NCBI GenBank assembly: GCA_021498095.1
Contig: JAIZWK010000001.1
Coordinates: 720,001 to 752,000, forward strand
Origin: Candidatus Harpocratesius repetitus
GTDB lineage: Archaea; Asgardarchaeota; Lokiarchaeia; Sigyniarchaeales; Promethearchaeaceae
Direction of reading: 5' to 3'
Length of the DNA stretch: 32,000 nucleotides
The notes below the pieces were generated by a model. The model saw only the letters and a program-made list of their open reading frames with translations. It did not search any database and was not told where the DNA came from. A program made the translations under genes and the position numbers. Each line of letters begins with the position of its first letter. Position 1 is the first letter of the stretch. Below, in pieces: positions 18,963-29,285 of the stretch.

Positions 18963-19928
18963 ATGTCAAATAAATCTTTACTGGTGCTTGGTTCTATTGC
19001 ATACGATTTTATCATGCAGTTTCCAGGAAATTTTAATGATAATCTAAGCATTGACACTGAAAAGAATATTTTTAATTTAGCTGTAATGCCAAAATCAAAG
19101 AAAAAGAGTTTTGGCGGGACCGCAGGAAATATTTCCTATAATTTGGGAATTTTAAACGTTCCCACTCGAGTGATTACAAGTGTCGGGAAAGATTTTGAAA
19201 CTTTGGGATATAAACAGCGTATTAAAAATATGAAAAGTGTGGAATTTTGGGGTGATGAGCATCTTGATGAATTTACTGCAACTTGCTATATTGTGAATGA
19301 TCAGAATCACAATCAATTAATAATTTTCCATGAAGGAGCGATGAAGCGATGTTCTAATATAAAACTAGCAGAACATGGTATTTCTAAGGATTCTATTCAA
19401 TTTGCTTCTGTGAGTCCTGATAATCCTGGAGCGATGGTAGCATGGGCAAAAGAATTGATTAAGTTAGAAATTCCATTTTTATTTGATCCAGGGCAGATGG
19501 TGCATTATTTTAAGAAGCAAGATTTGATGGAAATTATTCCTAATGCCTATCTAATAATCGGAAATGAGTTTGAAATGACAAAAATTGAAGAGATTCTTGA
19601 GACTGATTTGGAAGGTTTACGGGCGCTAAATTCAATGATAATTATAACATTAGGAGAGAAAGGAGCGGTTTGTTATTGGGGAGAAAATGAAAAATATATT
19701 CCACCAATGACTGTAGAGCATGTAGCTGATACAACAGGAGCGGGTGATGCATTTCGTGCAGGCTTACTTTATGGAATATATCATCAGATGTCTTTAGTTA
19801 AAGCTTGTAAATTTGGTGCAATTATAGCTGGATATACGATAGGAACTGTGGGTCCACAAAATCAGTCATTTGCAATTGAAGAAATCCAGGAAAAATTCAG
19901 ATTAACTTATAGAGATGAATTATTTTAA
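18963..19928 (+). CDS. PfkB/ribokinase-family kinase, nucleoside/adenosine kinase-like
   Basis: GSIAYDFI, FGGTAGNISYNL, FLFDPGQ, NEFE, ITLGEKG, DTTGAGDAFRAG. Confidence 0.92.
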   Translation: MSNKSLLVLGSIAYDFIMQFPGNFNDNLSIDTEKNIFNLAVMPKSKKKSFGGTAGNISYNLGILNVPTRVITSVGKDFETLGYKQRIKNMKSVEFWGDEHLDEFTATCYIVNDQNHNQLIIFHEGAMKRCSNIKLAEHGISKDSIQFASVSPDNPGAMVAWAKELIKLEIPFLFDPGQMVHYFKKQDLMEIIPNAYLIIGNEFEMTKIEEILETDLEGLRALNSMIIITLGEKGAVCYWGENEKYIPPMTVEHVADTTGAGDAFRAGLLYGIYHQMSLVKACKFGAIIAGYTIGTVGPQNQSFAIEEIQEKFRLTYRDELF

Positions 19929-20109
19929 TCTTATAAAAAGAATTACAAAGATTAAAGAAAAAGTAGATAGGAAAAATGAGAAAATAGAGTGAATATAATC
20001 ATAAAACTTCTCACATTATTCACTCTCAGTTAGTGAGATTCAAATGATGAAATAAGTATATCATATAATTTATAAAGGAAAAAACAAAAAAGACAAATGA
20101 TCTAATCGC

Positions 20110-20916
20110 TTAGATATATAGAGATTTATCTGTTTCAGTGAGTTTTACTTTGGGTTGGAATGAATCGAGTTCATCTTCTAATGCTTTTCGCTTATTTTCT
20201 AAATCTTGTGAGATTTCATTAATCCTATTTTCGCTATATGCGTTTTCTATCGGTAATTCATAAAATTTACCAACTTTTTCCAATAATTGAATTGATGCTT
20301 GCAAATCTGTGAAATTATCGTTCATTACAGCAGCATTATCTGTTTCAGCCAAAAGAACTGTTCCTTCAATACCAAATCGTGCCTTTGCTATGGTTGGAAT
20401 CAGCCCGTTTGAACCAATAATGACTCCTTTACTTACTTTTTTCGCTTCTCCTGTTGCAAATAAGCGTTCGATACTTTCATTATCAGTAGAAGTAACATAA
20501 ATATTAATTTGATCAGGGTCTGCTTTTTTGGTGGGATAAGCACCAAGTGAAAGAACTTTTGTGATACCAAGTTTATGGATGATTGTAGCAAGATAGTCTG
20601 AGATTTCGTAAATTCCCCTAGGTGACATAGCTTGTGCATCTGCAGTAATGAATATTAAATCTTGTTGTTCTTTAGGGTCTTTATAGAATAAAATCTCTGC
20701 TTTAGGTGTGGATAGCAAGCTGTTGTCGATAATGGCGCCTGCAGGATAATCATTGAAGATAATTTCACAATATTTTTTGGCTTTAAAGATACCAATAAGT
20801 TGATCGACGGCGAATTTTCCGATATCCGCAATCCCAGGCATTCCTATAATACATAATGGATTGTGAAGATCGGACGGTTGAAGTGTGGTGAATTGGATAA
20901 ACCGGAAGTTTTGCAT
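20110..20916 (-). CDS. PAC2-family proteasome assembly chaperone
   Basis: IIGMPGIADIGKFAVDQLI, DLIFITADAQ, VLSLGAY, GVIIGSNGLI, GTVLLAET, and a C-terminal HbYX-like LYI. Confidence 0.88.
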   Translation of the reverse strand: MQNFRFIQFTTLQPSDLHNPLCIIGMPGIADIGKFAVDQLIGIFKAKKYCEIIFNDYPAGAIIDNSLLSTPKAEILFYKDPKEQQDLIFITADAQAMSPRGIYEISDYLATIIHKLGITKVLSLGAYPTKKADPDQINIYVTSTDNESIERLFATGEAKKVSKGVIIGSNGLIPTIAKARFGIEGTVLLAETDNAAVMNDNFTDLQASIQLLEKVGKFYELPIENAYSENRINEISQDLENKRKALEDELDSFQPKVKLTETDKSLYI

Positions 20917-21343
20917 GGATAAGTGTCACCAAATTTGATTTCCAAAGTCATGAGGTGTTAGTTGCGTAAAAAAGGTTACTGGACTGAGGTTTTCAAGGTT
21001 CTTATAATGAGAAATGATCTCGCTTGTCTAATCAAGAGGATTACTATGAACGGGATATTATCAAAAGATGTGCATAATATCACAATGAAACAATATTTGC
21101 TAATACAAAATTAGAATAGCTAGATGAGAATAATCTGGAAAAAATGTTAAAAGAAAATATGTAATTGTTGTAAGAATTAAATAATCAAATAATTCTTATT
21201 AATGATTTTAAAAAATCAAAAATAGAAGCTTAAATTATCAATAAATGCTGTAGAAGGGGAAAATTCAATAAAGATCAAATGTTGATAAGCAATGGAAAAA
21301 AAATATTAGTATATCATATCAGATAGAAAAAAGGGAATCAAAC

Positions 21344-22171
21344 ATGGAAAAAGATAGAGCAGATAATTATTTAGAATCGAGAAAGGTGAGAGTAAAAGGA
21401 CCAGCGATTTTACATCTTAAGAAAGTGTTAGGCTCTATATCTTTTCAAGATTTAAAAAAAAAAAAGAAAAAGACTTTAATAAATAAACCTCGAAAAAAAT
21501 TCTCTCAGCAAAATAATTCTGTGGGAAATCCATTTCCCTACTTTGTTTCTCTCTTATCAACTGGATTAGACAGCCCAGTTGCTACATATTTGATGATGCG
21601 GCAAGGAATGGATTGTATCTCTATTTCATTTTTAAATGGAGGAGATGCTCGAAAAAAGAACCAAATAAAAATTTTAGAAATTGGGCAGAAACTTGTTGAA
21701 TTAACCAAAAGGAAAATATATTTACTATTTATAAATTATGATCCTATTTTGCAGCAGTTTCAGACTCAATGTGAGCCTCGAGTGACATGTTTAATCTGTA
21801 AACGGACAATGATGGATATAGCAAAGACAGTTGCTCAGGAAATTGGAGCGCAGTTTATTGTAAATGGTGACATTCTTGGAGAACAAGCTTCCCAAACTTT
21901 GGATAATCTGTTTGTAGTGCATCAAATTAATCGAGAAGTTCCTGTAATTAGACCATTAATTGGATTTGATAAATTAGATGTGATAAAAATCAGTCAAAAA
22001 GTAGGTTTATTTCCAATTAGTTTAATAGAAGGAGTTTCATGTGAATATAATCCAAAATATCCAGAAACACGCGCAAAAATTCACAAGATCGAAATTACCG
22101 AGAAAAATATTAATCGTCCAGCTCTCCGAAAAACTATTTTAGATAATTTTGAGCTTTATCATATTATATGA
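21344..22171 (+). CDS. thiI: ThiI-like tRNA sulfurtransferase catalytic domain (no THUMP domain seen)
   Basis: SLLSTGLDSPVA, TCLICKRTM, IVNGDILGEQASQTLDNL, VIRPLIGFDKLDVI, distal Cys in VSCEYNPKYPET. Confidence 0.8.
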   Translation: MEKDRADNYLESRKVRVKGPAILHLKKVLGSISFQDLKKKKKKTLINKPRKKFSQQNNSVGNPFPYFVSLLSTGLDSPVATYLMMRQGMDCISISFLNGGDARKKNQIKILEIGQKLVELTKRKIYLLFINYDPILQQFQTQCEPRVTCLICKRTMMDIAKTVAQEIGAQFIVNGDILGEQASQTLDNLFVVHQINREVPVIRPLIGFDKLDVIKISQKVGLFPISLIEGVSCEYNPKYPETRAKIHKIEITEKNINRPALRKTILDNFELYHII

Positions 22172-22207
22172 ATATTTTGTCTTTATTTAGACAATTTAAT
22201 CTAATTC

Positions 22208-22912
22208 TTAAGAGAATCCAAATTTACCAATAAGAGGAACGAAACGTACATAGCATTTCTTTCGTGTATAAAATTTTTCTCCTCTTTTTTCACCCACAAT
22301 CAATTCTTGGTTGCCATATCGATCACCTACAGGTATGCAGATTTTTCCATGAGATGGTGAAAGTTGATCGATCAAAACTTGAGGAATATTAGGACCGGCT
22401 GCAGTGACCAAAATTCTATCGAAGGGAGAATTTTCAAGCCATCCTTGAGTTCCATCATCAACTTTAATATAAATATTAGTTAAATTCAGGCGAGAAAAGA
22501 TTGATTCAGCGCGATCAGTTAAATTTTTAATGCGTTCGATTGTATATACCTTACCTCGTTCAGTTACCAAGAAGCTTAATAAAGCTGTATGATAACCACT
22601 TCCTGTACCAATTTCTAAAATTTTCATCCCTGGTTGAATTTCTAGATATTCACACATCATTGCATGCATATGGGGTGCTGAAATTGTTTGGTTGTTACCA
22701 ATTGGAAGTGGTGAATCTTGGTATGCAGATTTTTGCATCTTTTTCGGAACAAACCAATGTCGGGGAATAGTTAGCATTGCTTGATAAACAGAATTACTTC
22801 TTAGAATTCCATGTAGTTTTAATTTTTCTACCATTTCACGCCGTTTATTAATCATTTGCGATTGTTCATTATAATCATCAATGTTAAAATCTCCCAAGTT
22901 TTTCACTTCCAA
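22208..22912 (-). CDS. pcm: Protein-L-isoaspartate O-methyltransferase
   Basis: IPRHWFVP, GNNQTISAPHM, ILEIGTGSGY, GDGTQG-like VDDGTQGW, PFDRILVTAA, VRFVPLIG. Start uncertain. Confidence 0.93.
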   Translation of the reverse strand: MEVKNLGDFNIDDYNEQSQMINKRREMVEKLKLHGILRSNSVYQAMLTIPRHWFVPKKMQKSAYQDSPLPIGNNQTISAPHMHAMMCEYLEIQPGMKILEIGTGSGYHTALLSFLVTERGKVYTIERIKNLTDRAESIFSRLNLTNIYIKVDDGTQGWLENSPFDRILVTAAGPNIPQVLIDQLSPSHGKICIPVGDRYGNQELIVGEKRGEKFYTRKKCYVRFVPLIGKFGFS

Positions 22913-23072
22913 AATTCACAAATGCATAAAACTTCTACAAAATAATCATACATTCATGTATTTAGTAATTATTCTCCAAATAATAATCAGAGCACGTCCT
23001 TAAAATTCCTCCTTTAAGAAAAGAAATGCAAAACTAAAAAAAAGAAGGTAAAAAATTAAGAAAAGAAGATAA

Positions 23073-24806
23073 TTATTCAGTGGTATTTAAGTTCTTTAGC
23101 AGATTCTCTATCTCTTCTTTCGGATCCAATTCTTGAAATGAATTGATACTCATTTCATATTCATTAGAATAGTCTGAATAGCGCGTTTTTCCTCGAAACT
23201 GAAATTCTTTTCCTACTAATTCTAAATTTTTCATTTTTAAGAAATGTTCTAATTCTCCAGCATCTTCCAATTCTTTTATTCGATCAGTTTTTGTATTTAA
23301 AAAGTTTTCTGCCCGTTCACCCATTAAAGTTGCACGTAATATCCCTGTTTCATCATCCAAACTTATATTAAGAATCATACGATTAACTTGATCTCCTGGT
23401 GGATTACATTGACAATTATCTATCTTCCGATTACATTTAGAACAGGCACGGTAAATAGTAATTCTACGAATGTCTCGAATCAAGGTTGCTTTAATAGAAT
23501 AGAATTCTGCTTGGTTAATTTCTTCAATGGTTGCTTCTTTAGCTGGTAAAAATTTCTTAGGTTGTTCTATTGTATGAGTAGTTTTTATGGATTTCTCAAT
23601 AGGGGCAATTTGACCTGTACGGGCTAAAGTTCCTTCATATTGGTTTGAAAAGTTATTTAATTTAACTGAAACTTCTTCGAATCTATAGGATTGGTGAATT
23701 TGAAGATTTGGATCAACTTTATCTCCCCATAAATTTAGCCGGAGAGCACCGGTTTCATCAGCAATAATGATTTTCATCAAATCAATTTGTCTTCCATCTC
23801 GGGTTGAGATTGTGCGGTTTTCTTCAATCTCTTGTATTACAGCTTCAATCGTGCCAAATCCGCCCTTTTGGGTCAAATCAGAGATTGTGCGGGTTTTTGC
23901 TTGGATTTTTTCAATTAGTATCGGTACACTCGAATCTGATGGATTAATTGGAATAATTTTTGTATTTGTAGTTGCAGTTAGATCAATTTTTGATTTATCT
24001 CGATAATTTGCTTTTGGAGTTAGAAAAGTAATCTGGACGTATTGATTTAACTCAATATTATTTAATTTATCACAATGATCTCCCCAAAAAGTAATGAAAA
24101 CAATATCAGTATCATCACGAATTCCTAACGAAGCGCGTTTACCTTCACTTCCATCTTTTCGTTGAAAGGGTTTGGGGCCATAAATTCCCGTTATCAGCCC
24201 TTCTACATTTACAAAAGGGAGAGAAAGAGAAAGGTCAATAATCTTAGTGATCTTAATATTTCCATTATTTTTTTTAGGGATTAATCGATTATCAACATTA
24301 TCAGGTTGTAATTGAATGCGACTTTTAGATCCAATATGAATTTCTAAGCTTTTTTGATTCCGATCATGCTTCACAAAACCATTTACAATACGTAATATTT
24401 CACCTTTAGTAAATCCACTTTCATTAGCAATTTGGGTGTTAAATTCGCCCCATGCAATGCAACGAATCATCCCAGATGTATCTTCTAAAAAAAATGGAAG
24501 TAAACTGCCTTGAGTTCCATCCTTTTTACTAAAAGTTTTAACATCGCCGATATTTACTATCCTTCCTACTATATTAGCGTTTTTATTTGCCGTTAATTCG
24601 CCTATTTTTTGATCTGCATCTAAACTTGCTGCGTTTTGATTTTCTTTTAAGTCAACACCTAGGTTTTTCGCTACAATAACAATTGCTCCTTCTTCATCAA
24701 TTAATCCGCTGAGTTCTTGAATTTGTTCTTGTATTTTTTCTTTAATTTCACTAGGTGTCAAACCTGTTTGATTAATAATTTTTTGAATGGTTTCTTCAAA
24801 ATCCAT
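23073..24806 (-). CDS. rpa: Replication protein A (multi-OB-fold ssDNA-binding protein with zinc finger)
   Basis: N-terminal GLIDEEGAIVIVAKNLGV helical domain, repeated D-[T/E]-[S/T]-G/D-x-x-x-x-x-x-WG OB motifs, CSKC...NCQC zinc site within the last OB fold. Confidence 0.9.
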   Translation of the reverse strand: MDFEETIQKIINQTGLTPSEIKEKIQEQIQELSGLIDEEGAIVIVAKNLGVDLKENQNAASLDADQKIGELTANKNANIVGRIVNIGDVKTFSKKDGTQGSLLPFFLEDTSGMIRCIAWGEFNTQIANESGFTKGEILRIVNGFVKHDRNQKSLEIHIGSKSRIQLQPDNVDNRLIPKKNNGNIKITKIIDLSLSLPFVNVEGLITGIYGPKPFQRKDGSEGKRASLGIRDDTDIVFITFWGDHCDKLNNIELNQYVQITFLTPKANYRDKSKIDLTATTNTKIIPINPSDSSVPILIEKIQAKTRTISDLTQKGGFGTIEAVIQEIEENRTISTRDGRQIDLMKIIIADETGALRLNLWGDKVDPNLQIHQSYRFEEVSVKLNNFSNQYEGTLARTGQIAPIEKSIKTTHTIEQPKKFLPAKEATIEEINQAEFYSIKATLIRDIRRITIYRACSKCNRKIDNCQCNPPGDQVNRMILNISLDDETGILRATLMGERAENFLNTKTDRIKELEDAGELEHFLKMKNLELVGKEFQFRGKTRYSDYSNEYEMSINSFQELDPKEEIENLLKNLNTTE

Positions 24807-25056
24807 TGTGGCTTCACTTTACCTTATTTTAATCAGCATTAAAACATAACTATTATTCCTCTAAGATTTTTTAAACTCATAGTTATGTAAAATTAATCAA
24901 AAATTAGTGAAAGAACTATAATAAGTAGAGAAGATTAATAATAAATACGAGAAAAATTATCCAAAAAATGAAAACATAAAAAACTTATTAATAAATATAG
25001 ATTTAGTCAATTAAAATAACTACTTTATAAAGATATGAGAAAAAAAGGAGGAAAAA

Positions 25057-25611
25057 TTAATCTGCGGGGATGGGGTTATTTTCTTCATCTAATTCTAATC
25101 CCTTTTTGCAAATTGGGCAGCTATGTCTCATAGAAATCCATTCTAAAAGATGTTCTGAATGTGCTTTAGAATTACATAAAGGACATGCTAATACTTCATC
25201 AAAAATACTGATTCCTTTACCACATACACTACATTTAACACTTTCTTTCGAATTAACTTTAATTATCCCTTTCGAAAGATCTAATCCGATATCTTGGGCT
25301 GTATCTTCAGTTGGAATAATAATTTTTAATTCACCCCCGTCCTTACTTCCTCGTTGGACGCAAAATACTGTTCCGCGCGTTCCATCAGTACGATTCCCAA
25401 TCCATCTGACAACACCTGTGAAAATGTTTTTGCCTTCTTTTCCTACCATCATTTTAATATTCGTATTTTCCAAGACAAATGTTTGAATTACTTTAGTAAA
25501 TTTAACATCCTCCACTTGTTGGGCTAAAACTTGAATCAGATATTTAGGGCCTTTGAAAACAATCGGCTTTATATTTATCATGCTTTGTTTTTTCTTAGCC
25601 ATCCCGATCAA
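25057..25611 (-). CDS. RING-finger protein (putative E3-ligase-like)
   Basis: C-terminal CSVC-x12-CPLC-x4-H-x2-H-LLEW-x6-CPIC, preceded by an unrecognised beta-rich N-terminal domain. Confidence 0.8.
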   Translation of the reverse strand: MIGMAKKKQSMINIKPIVFKGPKYLIQVLAQQVEDVKFTKVIQTFVLENTNIKMMVGKEGKNIFTGVVRWIGNRTDGTRGTVFCVQRGSKDGGELKIIIPTEDTAQDIGLDLSKGIIKVNSKESVKCSVCGKGISIFDEVLACPLCNSKAHSEHLLEWISMRHSCPICKKGLELDEENNPIPAD

Positions 25612-25879
25612 CTATTTTAATTTTTAATGTGATAAATAAAATAATTACTTCTTTACCTAAAAAAAATTGTGCTCCATTTTTCTTCCGATCAAATCATAAT
25701 AACCTTATAATAAAATATTTTCTTCTTTTCTCCTTAAATGTCTTCCGAATGTAATTAATTTATTTTCCCATCTTTTCCAAAAGACGTTGATGTGTTTTCT
25801 TATAAAAAAATGATTATTTTTTTTGATTTATATTAAATCTCCTGATAAAATTCTAAAAAATAGTCAAAATCTTATTTTT

Positions 25880-26875
25880 TTAATCAGTATCTAACCCTAA
25901 TTGTGATTTCAAATAGCAATAGTAACATAAATCTCGTGAAGGTCCTGAAGGTTCTTTACATATTCTACAAAAATGTATTGGATTTGAATCTAAGTCTTTA
26001 GATGTATTTGTTAATACGTAGGAATCTTCATCAATATTACTGTGAAATGCCATCTTGATCGCATTTTCATGAAAACGGATTAAATTATATTTAATTTCAG
26101 CAGATTGTTTTTCTAATTGATTCAGAAAAGTTTGAACATTCTTTCTTAAAATAAAATAGGGTTCAACATAGGGACATGGTGTAGTTTGAATGGGAAAACC
26201 CTTATAATAACAATAAAGTGTTATTTCTGATTCTGGAATCTCCATTAATGGTTTTACTCTAGGAATAAAAATCCCTGTTTCATCTTTCTTATTTCCCCAT
26301 GGAGGATGTTGAATTATTCGAGTTAGATCATTTCTAAGAATGTTTTGAAGTAAGGTTTCTGCTTGATCATCTAAATTATGACCAATAACCAAATAATCTG
26401 CACCTAATTCTCGTGCTTTTGCATTTAATAATCGTCGTCGAACAGTTCCGCAAATAGTGCAAGCATTTACAGAAAGATTTTTAATATTCTTTATACATTC
26501 ATCCAAAGTTGCACCGAATTCCTCTTGAAACTTTACAATATGTAAGGGAACGTTCCATTTATGACAAAATTCTTCTGCAATAGCTAAACTTTCTTCTCGA
26601 TAACCCTTAATTCCTTCATCAATTAGAATTGCATGAATATCTGAGCGAGATTGGCGGTGCTTTTGAATTTGTAAAACATTGTAAAGCACAACTAAAGAGT
26701 CTTTCCCCCCAGAGATTCCAACTACTAATTTATCATTAGCAGAAAACATTCGGTACTTCCGTACTGTTTTAAGTATTTTTTTCTCAATAGTTTTAATGAA
26801 ATGTTGTTTACATACATATTCATTTGAAATTCTACGATGATATACTGCAGAATTATCGCAATAGTTACAGTGCAT
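25880..26875 (-). CDS. ttuA: TtuA/Ncs6 (TIGR00269-like) tRNA 2-thiolation enzyme
   Basis: N-terminal CxxC...C-x-x-H zinc finger, SGGKDS, ACTICG, GHNLDDQAET, CPY, C-terminal CRIC...CYYC. Confidence 0.9.
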   Translation of the reverse strand: MHCNYCDNSAVYHRRISNEYVCKQHFIKTIEKKILKTVRKYRMFSANDKLVVGISGGKDSLVVLYNVLQIQKHRQSRSDIHAILIDEGIKGYREESLAIAEEFCHKWNVPLHIVKFQEEFGATLDECIKNIKNLSVNACTICGTVRRRLLNAKARELGADYLVIGHNLDDQAETLLQNILRNDLTRIIQHPPWGNKKDETGIFIPRVKPLMEIPESEITLYCYYKGFPIQTTPCPYVEPYFILRKNVQTFLNQLEKQSAEIKYNLIRFHENAIKMAFHSNIDEDSYVLTNTSKDLDSNPIHFCRICKEPSGPSRDLCYYCYLKSQLGLDTD

Positions 26876-26960
26876 GATTTATCTCATTTTCTTTATTTTT
26901 CGAATACCTTCAAATTAAAAATTGAATAATAATAAAAAATGTAAGATAAAAAAAGTACTA

Positions 26961-29186
26961 CTACAACCAGAAAAAGGTATCGTTAAACTTTACAAGAGAA
27001 ATTATTAGACTAGCAGCAATTATAGCTCCAGTTAACCAAGAAATCACCTTGTAAATCCTTTTTTTTACTAGTTCTTTTTCATCATGTTCAAATTCGACTT
27101 CTACCTCAATAATTGTTTTTGCAGAAGGGACTTGTATATCAACAATTTCAATAGTATCGATATAACCATTTCCATAAGTATCAATCTCTCTAAATTTTAA
27201 GTCCCTATATTTAATTTCAGTTGATTTTTGTGTAGATTCTGTTGTCTTTAATTCAGATATCTCTTTTTGTGTTTGGTTTTGATCTTGAATTTTAGTTTGA
27301 ATCTGAGTTTGATTTTCTATAAGGTTCGTAGATTTCTGTTTTTCTGAGGCTATTCTACATGAAATAATTTTATGTATATTATGAGTAAATAGATGTTGCT
27401 TACGATCTTCTGGATTAAATTCATATCTTAACTTTTTAATTGCTTTAGAATCGTATTGTTCTCCGACAATCTTTGCAACAACCTCTTTCATCATTCTTCC
27501 CCCATCAAAAATTCCTGCAGGAAGCAAATTAAAAAGGGCTAAACTGAAAGAAATCATCCATGTATAGAATAAGAATTGGTAATATTTTATCGGAAAATTT
27601 GGACCAGTAATTCTTCCTAACCAATTTTTTGGAATTCCATAGGATTGAGAGCTAATTCCAATATAAACTGGAATCACTGGAATAGGTGCTGTGTTAATAG
27701 TATAATTATGTCCTGTTTCATCAGTAAAAATCAATTGATCTCCAGGGTGTGGATCAATTGTTTTATAAATAAAATCCCGAAAATTTTGAGCTGTAAGATT
27801 GATAGAAATCCCATTTATCTTGGTGATAATAGTTCCTTCAGGGATTCTTCCTTCATTAATTCCACCTTCTGACTTATTTGCAAGAATTTGTGATATTTGA
27901 ACCTTATCAGAATCAATTTGAGTGAAATTTATACCTACAAACACATTTCTGAGAACGTGAGCTGTGGGAAGCTGAGGTGCAAAATTAACATCAATAGTGA
28001 TATTTAAACCTCTATCATCAGTTAAGATTAATTTATAATCTGGAGTAAATTGAGTTAAGAATGTATTTAATGTGATATTTTCATCGTAATTTACTGGGGT
28101 TCCATTTATATGTGTAAAAATTTTTCCAGAAAGATCTAGTTCATAATTATTTCCACCTTGAATTGCTGGGACTTTTTCTGTCACTTTAAATGCAGTCGTG
28201 TTATATTTTTCAAAGGAAAATCCTACATAGGATCGCGCCCCCAACACTACAGTCCGGCTATAATATGTGTGAGAAGTCGAATTATAGCATTCAAATATAA
28301 GGTGATCACCTGCTGAACATCGTATACCTGTCTGATCAGCAGTTTGATTAAGTAATATTTGAGTTAATGTAGGGCCTTCAAAATTGTCAATCAAAGTGCC
28401 ATTAACCTTTAAAACAATATCACCTGGTTGAAGATTAAATTCATTATATCCTCCTTCGTTGTTCGGAATAACCTCAGTAATTTGAAATCCTTGAGTTTCA
28501 TAACTTAAATGCATTGTCTGTGGAAATAAAAATAAAAGGAGAAAGATAAATCCTGCCAGTATGATATTTGACCAAACACCAGCAGCTGCGACTCGTAAAC
28601 GAGTACCAGATGAAAAAGCCCTTGAATTTAATTGAAAATCATCTACTTCTACGAAAGCACCATAACCTACAATAAAAAATATCCCCGCACCCAATATTCC
28701 TGATGACTTTACTTGAACTCCATCAGTTTCGGCGGCGATTGCATGAGAAAATTCATGTACAGTTATTGTTATTAGGAGAGGTACTATCATCACTGTAAAC
28801 ATCGGAAGATCAATAGTTACCCCTGGAATTAATGGCATAATTGCATTTTCGGGTTTTGGATTAACTATTAACTGAAAAAAATTCGAAACAAAGAAATATA
28901 ATGCGTAAAGCATCAAAATAAATGAGATCACAATTCCAATATTCCAGAAAAATTTCCAAAATTTAGGAGATTTTTTGGCTATTCGGTGAAATAAATTATT
29001 AAGCCATTTTGATCGAATTAATATTAAAAAAGGAAAGAAAAGAGTAACATTATCTCGTTTTTTACCTAAAATTTTTATTAAAATAAATGCAATTAGCCAA
29101 AAAGAAAATGAGATTATAAACAATGGGCTTTGAATTAAAGAAAGTACTAAACCGCTTAAATCCATGCGATATTTAATCTTCCACAA
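26961..29186 (-). CDS. Site-2 protease (M50) with PDZ-like domains
   Basis: HEFSH zinc motif, GAFVE, AAAGVWSN, FNLLPAGIFDGG. Three repeats of the GDIV/IFTH/GTII-x-x-[VI]NG PDZ-like pattern. The likely start is the ATG of MDLSGLV. Confidence 0.92.
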   Translation of the reverse strand: MWKIKYRMDLSGLVLSLIQSPLFIISFSFWLIAFILIKILGKKRDNVTLFFPFLILIRSKWLNNLFHRIAKKSPKFWKFFWNIGIVISFILMLYALYFFVSNFFQLIVNPKPENAIMPLIPGVTIDLPMFTVMIVPLLITITVHEFSHAIAAETDGVQVKSSGILGAGIFFIVGYGAFVEVDDFQLNSRAFSSGTRLRVAAAGVWSNIILAGFIFLLLFLFPQTMHLSYETQGFQITEVIPNNEGGYNEFNLQPGDIVLKVNGTLIDNFEGPTLTQILLNQTADQTGIRCSAGDHLIFECYNSTSHTYYSRTVVLGARSYVGFSFEKYNTTAFKVTEKVPAIQGGNNYELDLSGKIFTHINGTPVNYDENITLNTFLTQFTPDYKLILTDDRGLNITIDVNFAPQLPTAHVLRNVFVGINFTQIDSDKVQISQILANKSEGGINEGRIPEGTIITKINGISINLTAQNFRDFIYKTIDPHPGDQLIFTDETGHNYTINTAPIPVIPVYIGISSQSYGIPKNWLGRITGPNFPIKYYQFLFYTWMISFSLALFNLLPAGIFDGGRMMKEVVAKIVGEQYDSKAIKKLRYEFNPEDRKQHLFTHNIHKIISCRIASEKQKSTNLIENQTQIQTKIQDQNQTQKEISELKTTESTQKSTEIKYRDLKFREIDTYGNGYIDTIEIVDIQVPSAKTIIEVEVEFEHDEKELVKKRIYKVISWLTGAIIAASLIISLVKFNDTFFWL

Positions 29187-29285
29187 ATTAAGAAAATTCC
29201 TATTTTAATATAAAAAATAATAAGAAAAAATCAAAACTAAAATTGTGAGAATATCGAAGTTTAAAATAATTCCCATAAACACTAT

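Noticed and set aside
20917-21085. Moderately GC-rich stretch upstream of the PAC2 gene (possible nop10, leader ORF or sRNA)
   Set aside because: No start-to-stop ORF resembling Nop10 and no convincing C/D or H/ACA boxes. Only one AT-rich 8-bp hairpin.
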